IMG/VR virus record: IMGVR_UViG_3300011335_000495
Location: 1-40,216 of that record
DNA from: a virus
Lineage: Duplodnaviria > Caudoviricetes
Length of the DNA stretch: 40,216 bases
Reading direction: 5' to 3' (one strand)
The notes beneath the pieces were generated by a model. It did not search any database. It saw only the letters and a list, made by a program, of their open reading frames with translations, and had not been told where the DNA came from. Positions 26,140 through 34,101 of the stretch are shown here, piece after piece; the stretch's first letter is position 1; every line of letters begins with the position of its first letter. Both the position numbers and the translations under genes were made by a program.

Positions 26140-27230
26140 AAACTAACAAATACTCGGATTTTAAGATTTTTCATGTGGGGGGGAAGGTCAATTCGTTTTT
26201 AGAAAACGAGATTACTGCCCCTATCTATGTTCGTATTAAACCAATTAACTTGTGCAACCACGGGTGCTTCTTTTGCGCCTACAGTACGGGCTTTAGGGTC
26301 AAAGACGGGGGCGAGGAGGAGCATATCCATACGGGTATGCACGAGGATATGAAAGAGGACGACACCATTCCTAGAATGAAAATGCTAGAAATACTGCATG
26401 ACCTGTACAAAATGGGTGTCAAAGCAATTACTTACTCTGGCGGGGGTGAGCCACTCATGCACCCAGACATAGTGGAGTTCATAGTCAAGACTTTTGAGTA
26501 CAACATGGATGTATCCATTATCACAAACGGTCAAAATTTAGCCAAGGAAAGAGCCGTGGTGCTGCGTAATGCTAAGTGGGTAAGGGTTAGCATGGACTAC
26601 ACCAATGGCGCAGAAATGAAGCGTTTTAGGAATGTTTCAGAAAAGAGTTTTGACAGTGTGATTAAGAATATCGAGGAGTTTGCGAAGTACAAAGCAAAAG
26701 ACTGTGATCTAGCAGTTAATTATATTGTGCACCGCAACAATTACAAAAACTTGGGGGTGTTTACACGCCTATTGAAAAGTATTGGAGTGGAAAATGTGCG
26801 CTACAGCCCTATGTATGTACCAGATTTTTATAATTATCACCATGCCATTGCTGATTCTGTTAATGCTCAACTTAAAGAAGCTGCCACGCTGGTTGACGAT
26901 AACTTTAGCGTTAACAGCACTTACAACATTACTCCTGGCAGCAGTCACTCGCCCATCAGGTCGTATAAGCGTTGCTACATTATGCAAACCGTACCCGTTA
27001 TCGGGGCTGACCTTGGGGTATACGCCTGTCACAACAAAGCCTATGACAGCACGGGTTTGATTGGTTCGCTAAAGGATCAGAGCTTTAAAGACCTGTGGTA
27101 CAGCCAAGCAACCAAGGACTACATGATTAACTTTAATGCCAAGCGCACCTGTTTGCATGAGTGTTCCAATGACCGTAAGAATATTTTGATTAACGAAGTA
27201 GTACAAGCTAGTACCGATAACTTTATTTAG
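26136..27230 (+). CDS. Radical SAM enzyme with SPASM/twitch-type C-terminal domain
   Basis: CNHGCFFC, SGGGEP, TNG, RVS.D; CY...GVYACH...IGSL...W...C...C. Confidence 0.92.
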   Translation: MKTNKYSDFKIFHVGGKVNSFLENEITAPIYVRIKPINLCNHGCFFCAYSTGFRVKDGGEEEHIHTGMHEDMKEDDTIPRMKMLEILHDLYKMGVKAITYSGGGEPLMHPDIVEFIVKTFEYNMDVSIITNGQNLAKERAVVLRNAKWVRVSMDYTNGAEMKRFRNVSEKSFDSVIKNIEEFAKYKAKDCDLAVNYIVHRNNYKNLGVFTRLLKSIGVENVRYSPMYVPDFYNYHHAIADSVNAQLKEAATLVDDNFSVNSTYNITPGSSHSPIRSYKRCYIMQTVPVIGADLGVYACHNKAYDSTGLIGSLKDQSFKDLWYSQATKDYMINFNAKRTCLHECSNDRKNILINEVVQASTDNFI

Positions 27231-27238
27231 GGATAGAT

Positions 27239-28021
27239 ATGCCAAGAAAGAAGAAGATAGTAGAGCCAGTCGTACCTCAAAAGATTAAACTTTTTATAGC
27301 TACACCAATGTATGGTGGTATGTGTGCAGGGTTTTACACTCAATCTATTTTGCAATTGGTGAGCGTTTGCCGTGAACATAATATTGATTTGAGCTTTAGC
27401 TTTATGTTTAATGAGAGCCTGATTACACGGGCAAGGAACGCTATCACCCACCAGTTTCTCAAGAGTGACTCAACTCACATGATGTTTATTGACTCAGACA
27501 TTAAGTTTAATCCTAGCGACATAGTGCCTATGCTGTCGGTTGATAAGGAAATTATCTGTGGCATATACCCTAAGAAAGAGATTAATTGGGGTAGCGTTAA
27601 GCGGGCTATGGACAATGGCGTATCCTTTGACAATCTCAAGAGCCATACAGGTAGCTTTGTAGTCAACCTAGTAAACTATGTGGGTGAAGTAACCGTACCT
27701 ATTAACCAGCCAGTCGAGATATTCAATGGTGGCACGGGTTTCATGTTGATTAAGCGAGAAGTGTTTACTAAACTAGCCAATCATGTACCCCAGTATGACA
27801 ATGATGTAGCTGATTTATCAGGTCAAATGAAACAACAAGAAAAGATTTATGAGTTCTTTGCCACTAGCATTGAACCTGTTACCAATCGCCTACTGTCAGA
27901 GGACTATCACTTTTGCCGTATCTGGCGATTGATTGACGGCAAAGTATGGGCAGCGCCTTGGTGTCAGCTAGCCCACATAGGTACATACGCTTTTGAAGGT
28001 AACTTAACGCCATCCCCTTAA
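27239..28021 (+). CDS. GT-A fold glycosyltransferase-like protein
   Basis: IATPMYGG, SLITRARN, MFIDSDI (DxD), GTGFMLIKR, SEDY.FC. Confidence 0.75.
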   Translation: MPRKKKIVEPVVPQKIKLFIATPMYGGMCAGFYTQSILQLVSVCREHNIDLSFSFMFNESLITRARNAITHQFLKSDSTHMMFIDSDIKFNPSDIVPMLSVDKEIICGIYPKKEINWGSVKRAMDNGVSFDNLKSHTGSFVVNLVNYVGEVTVPINQPVEIFNGGTGFMLIKREVFTKLANHVPQYDNDVADLSGQMKQQEKIYEFFATSIEPVTNRLLSEDYHFCRIWRLIDGKVWAAPWCQLAHIGTYAFEGNLTPSP

Positions 28022-28041
28022 TATGTTAGGGTAAATACTTA

Positions 28042-28070
28042 TTGATTAGTGTGATTAACAATGTTATAAT
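28042..28070 (+). promoter_or_regulatory. Strong sigma70 promoter
   Basis: TTGATT-17 nt-TATAAT with extended -10 TG. Confidence 0.75.
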
Positions 28071-28125
28071 GGTTATGTAAGTGAATAAATAAACCTATTG
28101 TTTTTTAACCTAATTAGGAACAAAT

Positions 28126-28335
28126 ATGAATACCTTTGTTGATTGTGGTGGTCAAGTAATTAAATATGAATTTCGTTATGAAACTTTAAATGAGGATACA
28201 GACGAAAAACAATTTACTTGTTATATCAAACCTCATGGTGAATGGCATCCGATGGGTGGTGGTAAAACAAAAGAAACAGCATTGAAGCAAGCTGTTAAAG
28301 AATGGAATTATTGGGAAAATGAATCAAGAATTTAA
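28126..28335 (+). CDS. Hypothetical protein in a stand-alone (moron-like) unit
   Basis: AGGA RBS, own promoter, AT-rich; G.TKE.A...A...WN motif. Confidence 0.7.
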   Translation: MNTFVDCGGQVIKYEFRYETLNEDTDEKQFTCYIKPHGEWHPMGGGKTKETALKQAVKEWNYWENESRI

Positions 28336-28339
28336 TTAT

Positions 28340-28364
28340 AGTCACCCTATGGGGTAGCTTTTTT
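28340..28364 (+). terminator. Possible terminator at the convergence of early and late transcription
   Basis: Imperfect AGTCACCC-TATG-GGGTAGCT hairpin running into a T tract. Confidence 0.45.
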
Positions 28365-28381
28365 ATTGCAAACAAACTATC

Positions 28382-28561
28382 TTAACGCCCTCGCCCTGAT
28401 GGTCGTTTAACAGCCTTAGCAGATTTCCGAATGTCTTTTGCATGAACTAATTTTGTGGAAGTTTTGCTATGTTCTTTGCCAGTAAATAAGCCACTACTCA
28501 TTTTATGGGTAGCGCCCTTATATTCTGTGCCATTCTTTAAATAATGTTTTACACCTTTCAT
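28382..28561 (-). CDS. 59-aa basic His/Lys-rich protein MKGVKHYLKNG...RGR
   Basis: TAATG coupling to the upstream ORF. Confidence 0.7.
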   Translation of the reverse strand: MKGVKHYLKNGTEYKGATHKMSSGLFTGKEHSKTSTKLVHAKDIRKSAKAVKRPSGRGR

Positions 28562-28719
28562 TATTTTTTCTTCTTTACAGGTTTAGCAGTCTTAGCAGAA
28601 TCTTTAAAGGCTTTTGCTGTAGGAGCGCCTTTAGCGCCAACCTTCCTCATCTTTTCACCTGATCCTGCTGCAATCCTTTTTTTCTTTGCTGCGATATTTG
28701 CGTATAGTCCTGATTTCAT
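28561..28719 (-). CDS. 52-aa basic protein MKSGLYANIAAKKKRIAAGSGEKMRK...
   Basis: ATGA coupling; recognisable widespread phage small-protein motif. Confidence 0.8.
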   Translation of the reverse strand: MKSGLYANIAAKKKRIAAGSGEKMRKVGAKGAPTAKAFKDSAKTAKPVKKKK

Positions 28720-28943
28720 CTGCCACACCCCCACCTTCCTCTAGCTGCTTTGCCTCGTTCACCCTTCCAACTCTTAGACCTTGCACAAAATGATTTATGC
28801 CGTGGTCCTGATTTGGTTGGGGCTTGTAATTTACTACCTGTAGCTCGGTTATATTTGGCACGACCCTTGGCAGTTAAGCCACCACCAGCCTTGACTGATA
28901 GCTTCTCACCACGCCCAACCGATAGATTAGGTTTGCTTGCCAT
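28716..28943 (-). CDS. 75-aa basic protein (DUF6321-like)
   Basis: GGLTAKGR..YN..TG..L.AP...R.KSFCAR...W.C. Confidence 0.8.
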   Translation of the reverse strand: MASKPNLSVGRGEKLSVKAGGGLTAKGRAKYNRATGSKLQAPTKSGPRHKSFCARSKSWKGERGKAARGRWGCGR

Positions 28944-28946
28944 ACC

Positions 28947-29063
28947 TTAACGGGTTCTTCTAGCTCGTTTAGAACTCTTAGCAATACGACTGGTCTTGCG
29001 GGGCAACCCACCCATAGGGGTTGTTTTCATTAGCGGTCTAGGAGCGTTTAGATTTTCTGGCAT
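28947..29063 (-). CDS. 38-aa basic peptide MPENLNAPRP...KRARRTR
   Basis: GGGA RBS; fills the gap between neighbours. Confidence 0.55.
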   Translation of the reverse strand: MPENLNAPRPLMKTTPMGGLPRKTSRIAKSSKRARRTR

Positions 29064-29196
29064 TTGTTTTCCCGATTGGTTTACGAGCAACAGTTAAGGC
29101 AATGGCTATGGCTTGCTTTTGAGGTCTGCCTTCCTTTACCATTTTGCTAATGTTAGCAGATACAGCGCCTTTTGACTTTGATTTATTAAGTGGCAT
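29038..29196 (-). CDS. 52-aa basic protein MPLNKSKSK...KEGRPQKQAIAIAL...
   Basis: AGGA RBS; PQKQA.AIAL motif common in phage small proteins. Confidence 0.8.
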   Translation of the reverse strand: MPLNKSKSKGAVSANISKMVKEGRPQKQAIAIALTVARKPIGKTNARKSKRS

Positions 29197-29212
29197 GGTT
29201 TAATTCCTATAG

Positions 29213-29722
29213 TTAAGTAAGCATTTGTTCAGCATCAGCCTCTACTGTATCAGCCCTTGCGAGCCAACCTTTTTCAAAGTGAGGATTGTTCAATGATTTA
29301 TAAAATGCTATTTTTTCTTCGGTAAAATGCTCCACCAAATCCATTGGATTAGATTGCACAATGAGAGCTTGAGTAACTGAACCGAGAATACCGTCTGCTT
29401 CTGCACCAACGGCTTTTTGCAAGCATTTGATTGCTCGCTTGACTCCCGCATTGACAGCAAAGTCGAAAACCACATAGTCCACCCCACTAGGTAACATATC
29501 ACAGCCTGCTGGATTCCAGTAATTCTGTTTATACAACGGTTTTACCATTACTTGTGTTAAATCTTTGATTTCTTGCACGCTGACAGGGCGGTTGAGATAG
29601 GCTTTCCATGTAGCCAAAGTCACTCCCCAGTTAGTAGCACCCCCAGAATCATGGGGGTCTTGCACAAATCCGCCTTCGCTTTTCATTAGCAAAGTAAACG
29701 ATTTATTAAAGTTTTCGATCAT
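29213..29722 (-). CDS. Endolysin, glycoside hydrolase family 108 with peptidoglycan-binding domain
   Basis: EGGFV.DP.DSGGATNWGVT, FDFAVNAG, LQ..VG..ADG.LG, GWL.R. Confidence 0.92.
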   Translation of the reverse strand: MIENFNKSFTLLMKSEGGFVQDPHDSGGATNWGVTLATWKAYLNRPVSVQEIKDLTQVMVKPLYKQNYWNPAGCDMLPSGVDYVVFDFAVNAGVKRAIKCLQKAVGAEADGILGSVTQALIVQSNPMDLVEHFTEEKIAFYKSLNNPHFEKGWLARADTVEADAEQMLT

Positions 29723-30125
29723 TAAAAATACCAATCTGTTCTTTGAGCCAACCCTGTAGGGACACCAATTGCTGTGTGGTTAGCGCACACTTTTCAATAA
29801 ATTGAGGGTCGGTGGGGGTTCCATCAATGCTGTCGGTGGGCTTGGAAACGCCTGTTGTTTGACTGGTACTGGGGAGGCGCATCCCACCATAATCACGCTT
29901 AATAATAGCAATGCGATCTTCATAATTAGATTTAACCTTTTCATTTACAAGTGAAAATTGCTTTTCTTTAGACTCATTAATCAGTTCTTGAGCCTTGGCT
30001 GCTAGTTCTACCTTAGCTACATAAGCGTCATACTTGGCTGACTCATATTTACCGTACCCTAGTCCAGCTACTGCAAGCACAGCGCAAGCAGCGTAGATAT
30101 AGATTGAGATAGGTAAGGGAAACAT
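29706..30125 (-). CDS. Rz-like inner-membrane spanin
   Basis: N-terminal TM helix, coiled coil, C-terminal C......L..LQ.W; contains a nested lipoprotein gene. Confidence 0.8.
   Translation of the reverse strand: MFPLPISIYIYAACAVLAVAGLGYGKYESAKYDAYVAKVELAAKAQELINESKEKQFSLVNEKVKSNYEDRIAIIKRDYGGMRLPSTSQTTGVSKPTDSIDGTPTDPQFIEKCALTTQQLVSLQGWLKEQIGIFNDRKL
29780..29923 (-). CDS. Rz1-like outer-membrane spanin lipoprotein nested in Rz
   Basis: MKIALLLLSVIMVG|CASPVPVKQQAFPSPPTALMEPPPTLNLLKSVR: lipobox and Pro-rich mature part. Confidence 0.85.
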   Translation of the reverse strand: MKIALLLLSVIMVGCASPVPVKQQAFPSPPTALMEPPPTLNLLKSVR

Positions 30126-30304
30126 TATTTTCTCATGGGTTGAGTGGTTTCAAAGCGCAATATGGCGCAGATAAGCCCAATAACTATAAAGATAATGCCG
30201 TAATACTTAGGTGAAATGATGTTTTGCAGGTAGGAAAAGTTCTCGTACAACGAGCCAATAATGACTAGTGAAAGTGAGAACCACATAGTCCTCGACTTCC
30301 ACAT
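30125..30304 (-). CDS. Putative holin (two TM helices); start uncertain, ORF open to 30352
   Basis: KSRTMWF..TM..TM..LRF.TTQP; adjacent to spanin and endolysin. Confidence 0.65.
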   Translation of the reverse strand: MWKSRTMWFSLSLVIIGSLYENFSYLQNIISPKYYGIIFIVIGLICAILRFETTQPMRK

Positions 30305-30320
30305 AGGCTTGGGATGACGG

Positions 30321-30665
30321 TTATAAACCTTCGCCTGGCGTAACATAGACATTAGCCGTACCAGTTGCTGTCAAAAAAGTAATTGATACATTGGCGGTAG
30401 TTGAAGCACCCGTTAAAACAATATCAGAAGCAGGTCGAATCGGTATGCCATAGTTACCTGAAGTCGCATTAGGAACGGCTGCTGCGTTGCCAGAGGTAGG
30501 CGAAATACGCACATACACAGGCTGTCCAGTAGAAGCTACTTCATGGCTAACAAACAAATACTGATTGGTTGGGCTATCTGAACTCAGGGTTACGGTTTGA
30601 CTAGTCGTGTTTGCCACCAGTACAAAGGTTTTTCCCATTGGTTGAAAGGCGGTTATATTGGACAT
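30321..30665 (-). CDS. Small beta-rich virion-type protein, paralog of 38943..39269
   Basis: Shared AF...G.T, NQY and C-terminal Y..PG(E/D)G motifs. Confidence 0.65.
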   Translation of the reverse strand: MSNITAFQPMGKTFVLVANTTSQTVTLSSDSPTNQYLFVSHEVASTGQPVYVRISPTSGNAAAVPNATSGNYGIPIRPASDIVLTGASTTANVSITFLTATGTANVYVTPGEGL

Positions 30666-30914
30666 TTAGATAATCCGATTCTTTTCAGGCTTAGTCGTTG
30701 AGGAAATCTTGCTGTTGTAAGCGCCTTCCTCAAAGCAAAATACGCTACGAAATCCGCCCATTGGAACCTGACCTGGACTCCATTTTTGATTACGGGCTGT
30801 TTCGTCAGAAGGCTTTTGTGGACGCACCGCTTTAGGATCAGATTTCTGAGAAATGTTGTAATCCTTAGCACCAGGTACTTCACTCTTGAGTTGTAACTCT
30901 TTCATGTCTTTCAT
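30666..30914 (-). CDS. Hypothetical protein
   Basis: ORF fits the operon packing. Confidence 0.6.
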   Translation of the reverse strand: MKDMKELQLKSEVPGAKDYNISQKSDPKAVRPQKPSDETARNQKWSPGQVPMGGFRSVFCFEEGAYNSKISSTTKPEKNRII

Positions 30915-31107
30915 TTGAATTTCTCTCTTTAATGTTAATTAGAAGATAACTGAAAATGGCAAAAAATGCCATTGTTCCCAGTCGTTCCCACTTTGGATCC
31001 CACATAGTCCAGCACGCTAGGGAAAAGGATAGTCCTAACGCTAAAATTGATAACATACGCTCTGATATAACCGCTAAAGCCAAACGAACTAATGCGACTG
31101 CATCCAT
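30880..31107 (-). CDS. Small membrane protein (two TM segments)
   Basis: AAGGGG RBS; hydrophobic segments. Confidence 0.65.
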   Translation of the reverse strand: MDAVALVRLALAVISERMLSILALGLSFSLACWTMWDPKWERLGTMAFFAIFSYLLINIKERNSNERHERVTTQE

Positions 31108-31141
31108 TGTTAATCCCCTTGTTAATTAAACTATCCATAGT

Positions 31142-31348
31142 TTAATCCTCATCGTCCTCTGTTGCAACAAAACCGCTACCCCATTCCTCATCGGATAGCT
31201 TTTGCTTGAGCTTCTCTATGTTGACTGCACGATCAATAACCTTGCATTTATCAGTCAAAGAGTAGCTTTCATCCTCCATAACAAGCAATAGGAGCTTGCT
31301 AACAGCGCCTTCTAGGTCAGGGTTTAAACCTTTATTCTTTTTACTCAT
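31142..31348 (-). CDS. Hypothetical protein with acidic tail
   Basis: Overlaps the stop of the upstream gene. Confidence 0.6.
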   Translation of the reverse strand: MSKKNKGLNPDLEGAVSKLLLLVMEDESYSLTDKCKVIDRAVNIEKLKQKLSDEEWGSGFVATEDDED

Positions 31349-32765
31349 TTGGTTTTGAAAAACCTAATGTTTTTGAAAATTCATAAGGAGCCATGGTAGT
31401 TCCCAATGCTTCTGCTGCCCCTCTAACTGGGTTAATTCCTCTTGATTCTGCTTTTTGAGCTTTACGAGCAGTTGCAGATCGTAGTGGAGCGCTTAATCCT
31501 CTTATTGCTTCTGGTAATAAACCATGTGTGCGAACAGCGCCCTTAACTACACCTGGCATACTTTCGCCAGCCGTTTCCCACATTGCCCTTAATCCTAATT
31601 GATTGCCAATCATTCCAAGACCATCAATATCTTGTGGATTTCTTCGCAACTGACCAGAATTAAAAGTCTGTGCGCCTAAACGCTCAAGGCTGATATTGCC
31701 TAGTTGAATACCACCAGCATTATATAAATCTTCTAAAATAATAGTATTGCGATACTGTGGTCGTAAAACAGCCAAAGTAGCTTGCATTTTTGGATTGTAT
31801 ATTTCAACCGCTTTATCTAAAACATCGACTAATTCATATATTTCATGTGCTTTTCCACGATTTGTTGTAGATCGGGCGGTTTGCGTTAAAGCATTACGCA
31901 GGCGTTGAAGATCGTCACCTAAAATTTTTCCAGTTTCAACCCGTTCCAACATAGATTGAGCAGCTTGTTTTACTGTACTTACACCAGCAAATCCTAATTC
32001 TTCTTCTCTAGCCAATATATTTTCTATATGACCTTTCATATTTCTATTAATATTAAATTCTTGACCCTTATAAACCTTATCAAATTCTTTGCCTAATGTT
32101 GATAAGCGTTCCCGTAAAAAAGGATCAGTAATTTCATTTACTTCTTTGCCTGTACCAGAACTTGCTAAACGATTTGCAAGGGTTTGATTACTTTTTGCAT
32201 ATCCTAAAGCACCTTTTTCAGCGACAGGACTAGACTCTCTAACTTGGGAAGGAGATAATTTAAAACCTAATTTTTCAGCAATTCCAGCAATTCGAGCACC
32301 TTCTTCTGTAGTCAATCCCACAGATTTACCAATACCACGCATTAGCCCTGGTACTCCAACCCCAACATTACCAACAAATTCGCCTATTTTTTCTTGTGTT
32401 TTTGTTCCAACAGGAGCTTCTATGCCACCAATTTTTAATGCTTGTTCAGTTTCTTTTGCATTTGCAAACACTGATCCAGCGCCTAAAAGTTTCATAGGCT
32501 TGTTTGATGACGGCAAAAATGAAAGAAAGTCTGGCGGTCTAGTTTCTTTATTTCCTGGCGTAGTTAAAAATTCCTCAATTTCACCAGGGGCGCTTAAAAC
32601 ACCTTTTGCAACACCAGAAGAAAATCCACCTATTTTTTCAAAAGTAGAAGGTTCACCAGTTTTTTTGGAAATAGACTTACTAGGGTTTATATTGAGTTCT
32701 TCAGCCGTAAACTCTCTTTTGGGTTGGCTAATACCAAGTTCTTCAGCCGTATATTCTTTGACCAT
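31341..32765 (-). CDS. Putative internal virion/DNA ejection protein
   Basis: Helical, G/A/K/E-rich; N-terminal E(Y/F)TAEEL repeat; position in the post-tail block. Confidence 0.55.
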   Translation of the reverse strand: MVKEYTAEELGISQPKREFTAEELNINPSKSISKKTGEPSTFEKIGGFSSGVAKGVLSAPGEIEEFLTTPGNKETRPPDFLSFLPSSNKPMKLLGAGSVFANAKETEQALKIGGIEAPVGTKTQEKIGEFVGNVGVGVPGLMRGIGKSVGLTTEEGARIAGIAEKLGFKLSPSQVRESSPVAEKGALGYAKSNQTLANRLASSGTGKEVNEITDPFLRERLSTLGKEFDKVYKGQEFNINRNMKGHIENILAREEELGFAGVSTVKQAAQSMLERVETGKILGDDLQRLRNALTQTARSTTNRGKAHEIYELVDVLDKAVEIYNPKMQATLAVLRPQYRNTIILEDLYNAGGIQLGNISLERLGAQTFNSGQLRRNPQDIDGLGMIGNQLGLRAMWETAGESMPGVVKGAVRTHGLLPEAIRGLSAPLRSATARKAQKAESRGINPVRGAAEALGTTMAPYEFSKTLGFSKPNE

Positions 32766-32767
32766 GA

Positions 32768-34099
32768 TTAATCTACCCGAATATAGGAGCCACTACTTGT
32801 TTTTTTATATTTACCTTTATTAACTCCTTCTGGTACATCAATAATTTCTTCTTCATTAGCTTGTTCGTAATTTTGATTAGGAACTAGTGAAGTTTTTGTT
32901 CCAGCAACAATTACTTCAGACGGTATGGCTGGAAATTTAAATAAATATTGATTCATTTGAATTTTTTTATCAATACGACCTTTCATACCATTAATCTTAT
33001 CTATCATTACATCAGGAGTATCGGCTGGTTGTGGCACAGTTCCATAATTACGCAATGCTTCTCCACCAGTAACTGCTTTACCGCTAATATCGAGGTAATA
33101 ATTGTTACGAATATCCCTAACTTTTGTTAAGAATTGCCGTAATTCTGCTGGCATATTTGGAGCAATAAGTTGGTTAAGCACCTTACCTTCTTCAGTTAAA
33201 AATGCCTCAATTCTATTGTCAGATATTTGTTTTTGTAAATTTGGATTTTTTAAGTCATTAACTAATCCACCTAAATCATTAGATAAAATATTTTGAGCTA
33301 CATAACCTTCTGCAACTTTAGCTGAAGGCTTTAAAACCCCTTGATTTGATGCTTTCAAAGCAGCAATATCTCTATCTTGTGCCATTTTTTCTCTATGAAT
33401 ACCTAATATTTGCGCTCTATTAAGAATTGAATCTACTGCTTTTCCAAGCTCTGCAACAGTTTTAGACGCTTCGGTAGCAGACTGGTGTTCAAACTTTGCT
33501 TTAATTACAGGGCTTCCAAATTCAGCAACTGCCATAGCTGCCATAGCATTGCCTTTATTAGCGTCAATAGAACGCTCTTTTTCAGCCAATGTTAAATCTC
33601 TAAGTATTTTGTCATTCATGGATTTCATGGTTTGAATGTTTTTATCAAACTCAATTTGTTCCCGCCTAAAGACATCTTGTCTACCAGTCTGATAGCCCTT
33701 CATCATGCCTGTCATGGAATCAATTGCTGCTTTGCCTGATTGTCTGCCTTGTTGACCCATTGCAGAACCGACAAAAGCAATGAGTCCAGCTAAAGAGGAC
33801 ATACCAATAAAGGTTTCTTGGCTAGGTTTAAATTCAGGTTGAGCAACGGCAGCAAATGCTTTTCTTGTATTTGCTACCTCAGCCATACCTAAGTCAGATT
33901 GTCTAGTTGCTTCTTCTGATAATCTAGCTGCTTTTTTAATTCCAAATTCAGCTTCTGCTGTTCCTAAATCTTTAGTTGATTGCGCTACTCTCTCGCCAGC
34001 TTTTTGAATATTAGCCAAATTTTCTTCAGCATTAACTCTAGGTGCTTTTGGCACAATAGGGTTTGAGAAGTTACCTAATGTTTCAATATTATCAGCCAT
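32768..34099 (-). CDS. Putative internal virion/DNA ejection protein
   Basis: Ala-rich coiled coil, one hydrophobic segment, SG.AVT..E motif; GAGGAGG RBS. Confidence 0.55.
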   Translation of the reverse strand: MADNIETLGNFSNPIVPKAPRVNAEENLANIQKAGERVAQSTKDLGTAEAEFGIKKAARLSEEATRQSDLGMAEVANTRKAFAAVAQPEFKPSQETFIGMSSLAGLIAFVGSAMGQQGRQSGKAAIDSMTGMMKGYQTGRQDVFRREQIEFDKNIQTMKSMNDKILRDLTLAEKERSIDANKGNAMAAMAVAEFGSPVIKAKFEHQSATEASKTVAELGKAVDSILNRAQILGIHREKMAQDRDIAALKASNQGVLKPSAKVAEGYVAQNILSNDLGGLVNDLKNPNLQKQISDNRIEAFLTEEGKVLNQLIAPNMPAELRQFLTKVRDIRNNYYLDISGKAVTGGEALRNYGTVPQPADTPDVMIDKINGMKGRIDKKIQMNQYLFKFPAIPSEVIVAGTKTSLVPNQNYEQANEEEIIDVPEGVNKGKYKKTSSGSYIRVD

Positions 34100-34101
34100 G
34101 A

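Noticed and set aside
31142-31348. Terminase small subunit call
   Set aside because: Size is compatible but there is no motif support; the small subunit remains unidentified.
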